A DNA stretch of 63,422 bases, the filler included, from Rhabdomonas costata (lineage: Eukaryota), in assembly GCA_019059605.1 (NCBI GenBank). It is 53 parts of 53 records of this genome, joined end to end, with 100 filler letters (N's around TTAATTAATTAA, not from the genome) between each part and the next. Parts side by side here need not be neighbours in the genome. Positions count along the whole stretch, not along the records: positions 1 to 1,099 come from JAHMHO010028694.1; positions 1,200 to 2,298 come from JAHMHO010028695.1; positions 2,399 to 3,497 come from JAHMHO010028696.1; positions 3,598 to 4,696 come from JAHMHO010028697.1; positions 4,797 to 5,894 come from JAHMHO010028698.1; positions 5,995 to 7,092 come from JAHMHO010028699.1; positions 7,193 to 8,291 come from JAHMHO010028700.1; positions 8,392 to 9,489 come from JAHMHO010028701.1; 45 more parts are not named here. One strand, given 5' to 3'. The position numbers and the translations under genes were made by a program. Positions 1-11,001 of this stretch are shown one piece after another (the first letter of the stretch is position 1; each line of letters opens with the position of its first letter). The notes beneath the pieces were generated by a model, which saw nothing but the letters and a program-made list of their open reading frames with translations, searched no databases and had not been told where the DNA came from.

Positions 1-1
1 G

Positions 2-454
2 GTTGGTTGTGTAAAGATTGATGATGAACTTATAATATTATCAGAAAAATTACAATCAGATGAACCGTTTTTCTCTAAACATCCAAATACAACATTGAAT
101 GCAAGTATTGTATTAGATCAAATAAAACATACTGCACATTTGGTTGCAAATAAAGATATAAAAAAAGATGATGAAATTTTTGTTCATTATGGATTTTCTT
201 ATTGGTATGGTACACAAGTGGCAAAACAACTTGTAGGTGATCGATATCCTGATCTAACATATGATTATTTATGGAAATACCCATCTATTATAAATTATTT
301 TAAATTATTTTATGAGAACATAGATACGATAAAATGTAGTAAAAAACGAAATGAAGTTGTTTTATTATTCAAAGATAAAGCAGCACATTTGACTCATCCA
401 TTACCACAGTTAAATCATATGAGTTTTGATAAAAAAATCTATATAGACGAATAA
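2..454 (+). CDS. SET-domain protein, NCLDV-like (5'-truncated)
   Basis: Frame is open from base 2 to TAA at 454. It has the SET C-terminal signature NA...AHLVANKDIKKDDEIFVHYGFSYW. Intronless and very AT-rich. Confidence 0.75.
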   Translation, partial: VGCVKIDDELIILSEKLQSDEPFFSKHPNTTLNASIVLDQIKHTAHLVANKDIKKDDEIFVHYGFSYWYGTQVAKQLVGDRYPDLTYDYLWKYPSIINYFKLFYENIDTIKCSKKRNEVVLLFKDKAAHLTHPLPQLNHMSFDKKIYIDE

Positions 455-459
455 AATAA

Positions 460-491
460 AAAATATTGAAAATCATGATTTTCAATATTTT
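460..491. terminator. Perfect 32-bp palindrome between convergent genes (candidate bidirectional hairpin 3'-end signal)
   Basis: AAAATATTGAAAATCA|TGATTTTCAATATTTT lies between the + strand stop at 454 and the - strand stop at 490-492. Confidence 0.6.
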
Positions 492-867
492 AATTTGATA
501 TTGATTTATTTTGTTTATGTGTTTTTTTTATTATTCTACCAAATAATTTTACTAAATCACCATCACCGTCTGGATCATACCTTATCAATACATTTCCTCT
601 ATTTTCTAATATACGTTGACGTCTTTCTTCATATTCTTTATTTCTATCTTTATGATTCCATTCATCGATTTCTATGATTATTTTATGTTCTGGTAAATAA
701 ACATCAACTCTATATATGTCTATCACATGTTGAAATGTATATTTTATATCAATTTCATTAAAAAATATTTCAAGATGTTTTATTGTTTCTGCTTCTTTAC
801 AAAATATTTTTTGTTTTATATTTATATTTAACATGGATGATATTTCGTCTGTATATAGATGAAACAT
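490..867 (-). CDS. PD-(D/E)xK (DUF559/Vsr-like) endonuclease of the type common in NCLDVs and Polintons
   Basis: Motifs FQHVIDIYRVDVYLPEHKIIIEIDEWNH-KDR...YEERRQ...LIRYDPD. Complete, intronless ORF. Confidence 0.75.
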   Translation of the reverse strand: MFHLYTDEISSMLNINIKQKIFCKEAETIKHLEIFFNEIDIKYTFQHVIDIYRVDVYLPEHKIIIEIDEWNHKDRNKEYEERRQRILENRGNVLIRYDPDGDGDLVKLFGRIIKKTHKQNKSISN

Positions 868-1099
868 ATATATACAAATATAAATTATGTATCACATCCA
901 AACGCCGTAATAAAAAAATATAAGATGAAATATTTTATATAAATAAATTTGTTATATCTTTTAGATGTAGTATATCTTAATATCTATAAGATATTGAATA
1001 TATATTTGATCTTACATATAAGATTAAATTTAAAAAGTATATCTGACTAAATAAATACTTAAATACAAAGATATATATGATATTATGATCCCAAAACAA

Positions 1100-1199
1100 N
1101 NNNNNNNNNNNNNNNNNNNNNNNNNNNNNNNNNNNNNNNNNNNTTAATTAATTAANNNNNNNNNNNNNNNNNNNNNNNNNNNNNNNNNNNNNNNNNNNN
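1100..1199. other. Artificial contig-joining spacer (first of 52)
   Basis: 44 N + TTAATTAATTAA (stops in all six frames) + 44 N, recurring about every 1.2 kb to the end of the window. Confidence 0.99.
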
Positions 1200-4100
1200 C
1201 CCATCATTGGGGTTGGGTCACCCTGGCTTTGTTTTTTTGTTGCCACCAGTGCTGAGCGTGGGGTGAGAGTACCCCTACTTACACATCGAAAGGTAGGGGG
1301 AGCAGGAAACAGGGTGCAAGCCCGTAAAGCGCGAGCCTCATGTCAGATTGTTTCTGAGAAAGGAAGGCAATCTTCCGAAGACGGTCTCTTTGTCCGGACC
1401 CGCACAAAGTCAAGCGCAGTGACATGTTTGTGAGCGAGGGGGGGGTTCACGTCTCTCCAATGAAACGTTCAACGTTTAACAGAATAATACTCTTCATAGC
1501 TCATCGAAAAATGATCACACTGAGCAATATCCCTGGGCGATGCCGCTCTGGAAATCTATAGAATCATCACCAAACCAGGGTTGGTCCGCGGCACACCATC
1601 CCTATATTGTCGCTATGATGAAGCACCACGGACCCTTAAGCACTTGTCCACCGAGCCGCACCAGTATCGGTTCCGGTTTCGATTCCGGCTTCCGCTTTGG
1701 AAAAACGCTGGATTCAAATGCAGCGCACCACATGCTGCAACTAGCCCAGGGGAATTGCAAATTACGGCTTTTCCTTGTGGAGGTCCGCAACAGAAACCAC
1801 TTAGCAGCTGTTATACTTTGGCAGTACAATGCAAGTATAACGTTGTTGCATCCTATAAAGTTTTCACACATATGTCATGGTAACGTCAAGCACTTCTTGT
1901 TTTGGAGTTTTTCCTAACTTCTGCTGAACGTATTCTTTGGCCTCGCTTCCTCGTCTTTACGGCATGACAACTTTATATACGGTAAACTATACAAACGTCA
2001 GTGTATCGTCTAACGCGCCGTGCGGGTTTGCAACTTTCGCGTCATCAGGGATCGAAGCGGAGGGGGGGGGGCGGTTGGGCTCCCTTCCTCTTCGCCGTCT
2101 GCTCAGCCTAATCGTAGCCACGTAGCCCATCGTAGCCTCATCGCCCTGCTAGAAGCGGCAATGTTTTAAAGAAGAAGGAAGAAACCATCGACTTCACGCA
2201 GAACGTCCCAAAATGAAGAAAGAGGTACACCTGCCCCGATATTGTGAGGTGGATCAGGAAGCACGCACCGAACGGGGGAAGGGTGACCCCCACCACACNN
2301 NNNNNNNNNNNNNNNNNNNNNNNNNNNNNNNNNNNNNNNNNNTTAATTAATTAANNNNNNNNNNNNNNNNNNNNNNNNNNNNNNNNNNNNNNNNNNNNGG
2401 GTTTGACAGGAGATTTCGCAGCTATTTTTGGGTTCGTGAGCGTAAAGCTGAACCTCCGTTGATCTCCACACAGGGTATATCAATGACCACTGCTTTCACT
2501 ATGAATATTGGCTCTACGCTCCAGCTGTTCTCAGGAAAGCGTGCCGCCTTTTTCCCGTTTGCACTTAAATTCCTGTTGCCTTTCTCTTAAGGATCCCCAC
2601 GTATCCTTTTATGGATAGGAGCGGCACGAGCGACTGACCCGCTCGAAGGCCGTGGGGACACCTTGAAAAGTTGGAACCGCAGGCTTTGCTGGCCAGGAGC
2701 AATGGTGATGTTGAACCGGAGAAGGTAGGCCGCCCACTCCGTCTCATATATTCTGAACGGTCCCCCTGGAATAGAAGAAGGATAGGATCATAGCGCATGA
2801 CAGCCATCCTGAAAACCAACACGCCACCGCATGCTTCTCTTCTCTTCTCATCGGGGAGAGCTATCAAAAGGGACTCTCCTGGAAAACGGGGTGCAGCTAC
2901 TTGGAAATGTGCTAAAAGCCGGGCAAGACATAATCACATGCTCAGAAGGTTCACGTTGATACAGTATTCCTAACTGACGGAGAGCTGGAAATCCAGGCTA
3001 CACGACGTTGACGAACATATCCTCGGATTCGCATACCATAAAAAGTTCCCACAAAACTGAGTGTGGCCCCCTTCATCAAATGAGACCACAAACGCTGCAG
3101 CGCGGAGTTGAGGAGGGAGGGGGGAGAGCTTTGACAATCTCGGGGCAGATCGAGTATTGAGGCCACCCATATCACATGCACTCATCCACCATTGGATTTC
3201 ATCTCAGTTTCTTAATTTCATTTGAATGTTCGCCAGCGCAAAGAGAGAGCATAGCACCTCGGAAGGCAAACTGTAGAACGGGCCGAAGCTCTGCCGAGAG
3301 GTTCGCAATGAGTGGGCCCAGAGTGGTATTAAACCACAGCTGGAAAAGCTCGTTCTGTGCCGTGTCCTGACAGTAAAACACCTCACCTCACTACGGGAAG
3401 TCACCCCCACCCAAAACCAAAAAATGTTCCACCTGCTATCCACCGCATACTACGGCCAAGTCTGTAAGCATACATACAGCACGTTGCACAACCAACCNNN
3501 NNNNNNNNNNNNNNNNNNNNNNNNNNNNNNNNNNNNNNNNNTTAATTAATTAANNNNNNNNNNNNNNNNNNNNNNNNNNNNNNNNNNNNNNNNNNNNTTT
3601 GTGGTGCGGGGGGAGCATGGCGTCGCAGGGCAGCATCACGCCTGCAGGGGGGACACCGGCACGAGGAGTGCCTGTCGTCGCCATGGCGGCAACAGCGCCC
3701 CCAGTGAAGATGTTGCTCTGAGAGTGAGTGTCGGCCAGGGAGTGTGTGAGAGCCGATGGTGCATTTATCGCTGGGTGACCTTGCCGGTCTGTTAGCAGAC
3801 TTTTTTCACTGTGTGTGTGTGCGTGTGCGTGTGCATGCGTGCCAATGATGGATGTAGCTTCCAAATGACATTGGCAAAATAGAAAAAAGGATCAAGGGTA
3901 AGCGGCTGAGGCCCGGCAGGGTACCATGTAGCCAGAGCCCGAGGAGGAGTTCAGCGCGGGAAGCATTCGTGGAGAGGTAACCCCACCCGCCTCAGCCTGT
4001 GACCACAAGGAAAAAAGAGCTGCACATCCACCAACCACCCGCAATTCAACACGCCAAGGGTGCGTTTCCCCAAGAGGGAAAATCGAGGTCCCTTTCTGTC

Positions 4101-5201
4101 AGGGGAAGTCCTCCATCAGGCTGGTGCCAGCCTCAAGTCGTGTTGCCGAGTATCAAACACCGCTCTCCTTCCCCTTGGTGGTGGTGGTGTGTGTGCGTGT
4201 GTGTGGAACACGCCACAGCACACCGCGCCAAGGCGCCATGTGTGTGCACGTTCTGGAATGGAAAGGACCACCAACGCGTTCGACACTTCCAATGCCAAAC
4301 AACAAACAACCAGAGGACAGGGCATGGGCGCGAGGAGCGGGGTGTGAGGTCCATACACACCGCTAAGGTCGGCGAAGGGGAGGAGAAGTACCGCAGCGTT
4401 CGCGGAGACGCCGCGCTCCCGGCGACACCCGCTTCGGACTGAATCTAAGCAGGAGTAGGGTGTGCTGAGCGAGAAACATCGTGTGCGTCTTGAGAGGGTT
4501 GTGAGGGAGGTGACAGGGATGGTCAGAGCTTGAAATAATTGAGAGAACGCCAGAAAAGCTTGTGGCTGCCCTTGATGCCTCAATCGAGCCATTATCGGGG
4601 CTTTTTGAGACCGCTTCGCCCTTTGCCCGATGAAAGGTTTCCAGGGGACATACGTAGTAAATATTAGCGGCGAAGGGCGAAGCGGTCCCAAAAACCNNNN
4701 NNNNNNNNNNNNNNNNNNNNNNNNNNNNNNNNNNNNNNNNTTAATTAATTAANNNNNNNNNNNNNNNNNNNNNNNNNNNNNNNNNNNNNNNNNNNNGGTT
4801 GGTGGGTCAATGGTGGATTCGGATCCTTTCAAGTAAGCACGCCGTATGGAGTCGGGCTGCAGTCGAGATAGACGGAGGGTTTTAATGACAGGGCTCCAAT
4901 GACCAGGTGGTCACAGTGGAGCAGGTTGACATCGCCGTTTGTATAGGTGATGGTCCATGGTGTTCTCCACCGCCACTGCATGGAGTTGAGTGCGTAGAGG
5001 TCAAGACGGATTGACCAGCAGGAGGTTGGCAGCCACGGCGTTGAAGAAGGCTGATGGAGCGCTGATGCGGGCCGGATGTCGTGGTGTCTCTGAACCATGC
5101 GGGCCAGTGCGCAGAGGCGGTGATGGCCTGTGCGGGATCAGCGCAATAGCCACGGTGTAGTACGGCGAGGAAGATCTACCTGCACCGGTTCGTCATGGTT
5201 T

Positions 5202-5880
5202 CTACCCAGAGGGCAAAGAAGAGGGACCCCTCCAGCGTTTCATTTGGGCATGAGTCCAGTCCATTACCTCCTCCATGTATAGAATCGCGGCGCAGGGCTG
5301 GGACAAGGCCATCTCTGTCAGCTGTGCAAAGATCAGCGTTAGGTTCACGATTCGGATGATGGAATTCAGGGCCTTGGTGAAGCTCTCTAGCACGTGGGGG
5401 GCCTGATCTGTGGCCGCTGAGAGCGTGAAACTAGGCCACCAGGAAGCAACTAACACTGCCAATTGGCAGTATCTCCTCGTCGAACTGCAATGGGTTGTGT
5501 TGCCAAGCACTTCTTAGTGCAACTGGCAGTTGAGCACAAAGAAGAGGAGGTTCAGTTAGCCAGCTGCTTCAAACGCAGGGCGGTTGCAGAGGAGGGTGGC
5601 GTCGTCAGAGTGTGATGGGGCATCGACATTCATCTCCACAGCCACAAAGTATGGTGCAATGGCACCACAGGCCCGCGTCCCAGAGCTACTGCACCGCCGG
5701 TATGACAGGTGGGACTGCGCGGATGTGGATACAAGAACGGGCGGCGATGGCACATCCGCCAGCACGGCCGGACAAGATGGTTTGATTTGATCCCTGCGAT
5801 ATGGAGATAAGTGGCACGGGCTTCCCCCAAATGATGGCCAATTTTCAGTACTCCATAGACCGAGTCATAGGTCGATGCGT
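5202..5880 (-). pseudogene. Possible decayed non-LTR retrotransposon reverse transcriptase
   Basis: Fragments in different frames fall in RT order: YDSVYGVLKIGHHLGEARAT, a VLA/GCAIA segment at the QGCPLS position, HSDDATLL (YADD-like), then KALNSIIRIVNLTL...AAILY. Broken by frameshifts and stops. Confidence 0.3.
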
Positions 5881-5994
5881 GCCCCCCCCCACAANNNNNN
5901 NNNNNNNNNNNNNNNNNNNNNNNNNNNNNNNNNNNNNNTTAATTAATTAANNNNNNNNNNNNNNNNNNNNNNNNNNNNNNNNNNNNNNNNNNNN

Positions 5995-7092
5995 GTGCTG
6001 CTGTTGGCAGCCCAGCGGGGTCGCCGCCCTGCAGCAGCGACCTGGTGCAGCATGGGGCCTCGCGAAGTGTGAGTAGGTCGGGGTCAACGAGAAACGAGGA
6101 CCCGCTGAGGACTTGTACCACGCGGCCTCGAAACACTCCTTCCTAGATGGGAAGGATGCGCCAGTTTCAGAGCAAAGCTGAAGGGAGACATGATGGTTCA
6201 ATCCATTCAGTCAAAGTGCCGTTACCGGCATCGACGGAACACTTCTGTTTTCTTTCCGCGTGTATATGCGCACAAAATTTTCCATTCACTCCACAACAGA
6301 CTTCCTAACATGGGCAGGGGGGGCCCCCTGTCCAGGGTGCGCGGTGCTCATCAACTGGCCTTCATTCATTCAATGCATTCAGAGTGAGTGACATTCGAAG
6401 GGTGAGTACAATGGGGAAAGGGAGTAAAGAAGAAATCAACGGAAAATAACCAAGTCCGTCAAAATAGCGAGAAGATAGCACAACGGGGAAAGAAAAAGTG
6501 CATGGACAGTGAACATTTCATGGAGAAAAGAGAAGTACAAACCGAAATTTAAACGCAGCTCTTGTCTAAGGTCGAAAGGTCGATGCAGTTTTTGTGCAAA
6601 AGAGATGTTCAACCCCTTCATTTTCTGAGACACCAAACTTGCGCTCATAAAAAGCAATTCAGCGGCAAAAACCTCTTGCCTCCACGTAGCAACCAATTCT
6701 CAAAAAAAAGTCGGTGTGTGTATGGGTGTGTGCCGCGGACGTCGTTGTGCACCTTGGCGGCTTTCAGGAGGGACCAGAACCCCGCACCGCATGCAACGGC
6801 GGTCCTCTGCGCCTCCGCCAGCTCTGGCAGGTTGGGGTGCAGCCCCACAACCCTGGCCAGCCCACGACTGACCAAAGTGTGGGCCAAGCTCTCCGCCCTC
6901 TCACTGCCACCGCTGCTGCTCACCACACGGTACAAATCCCCACAGATATCAAAGCTCTGGTGGGCGTAGTGCAAGTCCAGCCACAGCTCGGCCACCTCCT
7001 TCGGGGGCTGTGCAGCACCCGCTGCTGCTACCGCTTCGGAAGCCACTGCTGCTGTCGGGCGAAGCCAGGAGTACAGCCCCTCACCCCAAAAC
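5995..7092 (-). CDS. Staphylococcal-nuclease-domain (Tudor-SN-like) protein, two exon fragments (~7092-6753 and 6142-5995)
   Basis: SLAHTLVSRGLARV...LAEAQRTA...GFWS resembles the end of an SN domain. After AAG|gtgcac...tag|, EGVFRGRVVQVLSGSSFLV resembles the start of the next SN domain. Confidence 0.5.
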
Positions 7093-7868
7093 NNNNNNNN
7101 NNNNNNNNNNNNNNNNNNNNNNNNNNNNNNNNNNNNTTAATTAATTAANNNNNNNNNNNNNNNNNNNNNNNNNNNNNNNNNNNNNNNNNNNNGGGGGGGT
7201 GGAGGGAGGTAGAGGGTGCGGACCAGGGATGTTCTTGAAAGTGCACAAAGAATGTTGTGGGGATGGCCCCGTATGGATATAGCTGAGACCACCGGTGCCT
7301 GGACCAAGCTTTGCTTCCCTAAGCGTTTGTCTGAGGGGGTTGAGCATGTCGACGGGACTGTCGGTTTCTGAGAGCTTTTCTACCTCAGGGGCGCTTCAGC
7401 TTCCCATGGGCTTCCTATAGAATAATTAGTGGGACGATGTTTCCAGGATGTCTTGGGCCGCGCAGCACGGCTGAGCTGCCCAAGATCCAAGGTCATTGGA
7501 TTTTTGGCTTTAAGCACCACGGTTACCGGGTAAATCGCCACAATGTTCGCAGTTCGGAAGGGAAGCAGAGCGTTCAGCAAAAGTTTATAGGGTGAGTCAT
7601 GATTTGTATTCAGTTTGGGTTGCATCCCTATTTTTAGGGCCACAGTTGTGGCTTTGGTTTTCGGTATCGCTTTTGATTTTGGGGTGTGTTTGACGTCGCT
7701 TTGTGTACACTTGTGAAGTGAGCATCGAAATAGAAAGCGGAACTATGCACAGAAGCGAGGGCGTCGGTTTCAATACATGTGCGCACCTGTGGGCAGGCAC
7801 ATAGAGCCACAGATGAACCCGATTCCTATCTCCCGGTGTGTGTGTGTGTGTATGTGTGTGTGCTGCAG

Positions 7869-8042
7869 AGATACCACTGCCGGCTGTGCTGGAGGGCGGT
7901 GTGCGCGGCCTGCGTGGGGCCCTCGCAGTGCACTGTGCTTCACTTCAGTCAGCCCACCTGCCGCTGCCGCCAGTGCCTCTCCGAGGCTGACGGCACCACC
8001 TCCACCGCTTTGCTGATATCCTGTGCGAGCTCCATTGCCCAA
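7869..8042 (+). CDS. Exon encoding a FYVE-like zinc finger
   Basis: cag|RYHCRLCWRAVCAAC...CRQCL...|gtgtgc; 174 nt. Confidence 0.6.
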
Positions 8043-9800
8043 GTGTGCACCCCCACTCACCCTCTCCTTCCAGAGAAAGAATTTTAAAAAACAAGGTAAA
8101 AAAGAAATCGCTTAAGAACTGCAAAAAGAAGATGAAGAAAGAAAATGGGAAAAGGGAGGTTGATTCTGTCACGGGACTGCTGCATACTGCATACTGCACA
8201 GGAGTTCTCGAAGCGGCTCGGTTCCAGCGGACGAAACAGAAGCAGTGGGAAACGAAGCGGGAAGGAGTAGCAGTAACGGTGGGTGACAACANNNNNNNNN
8301 NNNNNNNNNNNNNNNNNNNNNNNNNNNNNNNNNNNTTAATTAATTAANNNNNNNNNNNNNNNNNNNNNNNNNNNNNNNNNNNNNNNNNNNNGGGGTGTCA
8401 ATATCGATTCAAAGCACTCTAACTTTGATCGGCCGACCTCCTGCTCTCTAGATTGAGGTTAACTTGTTGTCTTCCGTTCCGTGCTAATGCAGCTGCCGCA
8501 CTGAGCACCTTATCTAGAGAGCAGGAGGTCGGCCGATCAAAGTTAGAGTGCTTTGAATCGATATTGACACCCCAGCAGTCATTGCGGCGTTTGAATTTCA
8601 AGCAGAAAGGAAAGTGTGTCTTGTGAGTGTATGAGTGTGTGAGGATCTCAGGAAGAAGATGTGCTGATTAGAGGCCACCGAGCAGTGAATAGTGAATGCA
8701 GTCTGGGCGAGCGCAGAGAGTTGGAGCTCCCGCGGTTTCAGTCGCCATTGAGGGTTTCCGAAAACCTCTGCCCACCAGCAAAGCGGTGATTCGCCCCTGA
8801 GAAGCGGCCAGAGAGCGGAAGAGAATTAGAAGGCTTGCTGGTGGCATCGAGGAAAAGACCTCCACCGACTTCATGTTTTGTGCACGGTGTGTGGGTGTGT
8901 GTGCATTCCTTTGTGCCTTCCTCGCCAAGCACCGGTCTCATGTGTATGTGCACCAGAAACCCAGCAGTATTCTAGCATACTAAACTGTGGCAAATCATAC
9001 GGTGAAAGGAAGCTGTTCTGGTATTCTTCACCCCCGATTATCTTGAATTGAATGCATTTGCCTTCCGTCGCGTTTGTTGCAGTAGTACTTATGAAAGAGT
9101 TTGACAAGAAACGGAAACCAACTCACAACTGTCCTGGACGCAAGTTTGATGTATTCGTTACATTGGGTATTTCAACCACAAACACACACACACCATCGGG
9201 ATTCGTCTCCCTCTTCACAGCTTGAGACCGTCTTGCCACGCTGCACCCGACTTCCATAACTCTCAAGCAAACAGGTATCCGCCACCCGCCGCCCAATGCA
9301 ATTGGACAGACAGGGCTTGGATGGGGACGTTCGCGAATTGAGCTAAAATGTGACAGTGCTGAAGGCAGAGGAAGGCAGTAACCGAATAGGGTACAACCAA
9401 ACCAGAGGAGCGGCAAAGCAAAGAACAAAAGTTAAAAGGACCCTGCGTGGCCTTGAGGTGTTGTTCTTACCATCTTGCAGGCAGTGGTCNNNNNNNNNNN
9501 NNNNNNNNNNNNNNNNNNNNNNNNNNNNNNNNNTTAATTAATTAANNNNNNNNNNNNNNNNNNNNNNNNNNNNNNNNNNNNNNNNNNNNTTACCACCTAA
9601 TGGGGTGAGTGGCTGTCCGTGGGGATGCATGGCAGTTACGGGTTCTGGAAGGCAAAGTTGCCTGAGATCAGAGGGTGATATACCTTTTCGTGGAATTGGG
9701 GCTTATGATCACAATGGTTAAGGGATTCTCCATCCGTCCATGAGAATGGGATATGGTAGTTTCAAGGACGAGGTAGGTGGGGTGCTTTCTGTTGTGGTAG

Positions 9801-10639
9801 GTCTACGAGCTTGCCGAAGCGCCGGAGGCAGTGGCGCTGGCAGAGACTGCGAAGCTGCTGGCGAATAACGGGGTGGCCTTGCTGGGGCACATCAAGCAGG
9901 GCGCCGTGGGGGAGGTGGCCATGCTCCTGGACAGTCCCGTGGACTTGAACATCTGCGACGGGCTGGATGGCAAGACCCCTTTGATCTGTGCTATTGAGAA
10001 GGGGCTGAGCGATATCGCCTTGAAGATTGTGGACCTGAAGGCCAGCCCGGACCTCGCTGATAGCGAGGGAAGGACGCCACTGATGCACGCCCTTCAGCAT
10101 GGCCAGGTCGAAGTCTCCCTGAAGCTGATCCTGTGCAGTGTCAACCTCAATGCTAGAGACAAAGACAACAAGACTCCCCTGATGTACGCAGCTGATAGGC
10201 TGGGCGAGGTTTGTGCTTTTCGCCTTTTCTCCCATCCTCATGAATCATGATCACCTCATGGAATTCCTTGCTGGAAACCCGCCCTTTTCCTATCTGCTTT
10301 CTCTGCGTACCGCAATTCCTTGAGCGCGGTTGGCTTTTCCCGGTCTGCTGGAAATTGCTAGGGCGGATCATCTCTCTGGCGCATAAACCAGCTCTGTGTG
10401 GGCTTGTTTCCGCATTCCTGAACGAATGAGTGCCTTAGCTTGCGACTGCCCCAATGGAGCTCCATATGTCACAACAAGTTGCAGCCGTTGAGCAGCAACC
10501 GTTCTGGTGTTGCCCGTCGATCCCAATCCTTCATGTCACTGTGTCCACACGTACACCCGCCCAGGGTGATGCCCAGTCCACGATCTGCGTCAAGGTCTTC
10601 AGCACTCTGCTTGCCGAGAAGGCTGACCCAAATGCCACG
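9801..10639 (+). CDS. Ankyrin-repeat protein, exons 9801-10208 and 10565-10639
   Basis: Repeats DGKTPLICA, EGRTPLMHA, DNKTPLMYA and LLAEKADPNA. AG/GT boundaries join in phase 0. Confidence 0.85.
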
Positions 10640-10947
10640 GTATGCCATTTTAGCTCATTCGGAGTTTCGGTGAGAGGCACCCAACACNNNNNNNNNNNNN
10701 NNNNNNNNNNNNNNNNNNNNNNNNNNNNNNNTTAATTAATTAANNNNNNNNNNNNNNNNNNNNNNNNNNNNNNNNNNNNNNNNNNNNTGTGTTTTTTTTT
10801 TGCCAAAGCTCGAGAATGTGCTGTGCATCTGTGTGAAGAAGCATGAAGCCGCAATCGGCTTGGAAGTAGTTGGGGAAGACATCTTCCCTGTTTAAAATGC
10901 TGTCAGGTCCTTTGCGATCGCTTGACCCAGGTTCACCACCAACTACA

Positions 10948-11001
10948 TACTTGTGCTCCTTTGGGGAACTGTCCATATGTCGCCACGTTTGTGCTGCGCT
11001 C
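10948..11001 (+). pseudogene. Degenerate SWIM zinc finger, possibly a MULE transposase remnant
   Basis: YLCSFGELSICRHVCAAL fits CxC...CxH with one TGT>TTT change. Flanking frames are broken. Confidence 0.3.

Noticed and set aside
8392-8573. 62-bp perfect inverted repeat
   Set aside because: It starts exactly at the contig's G/T tail, as expected for an amplification fold-back chimera.
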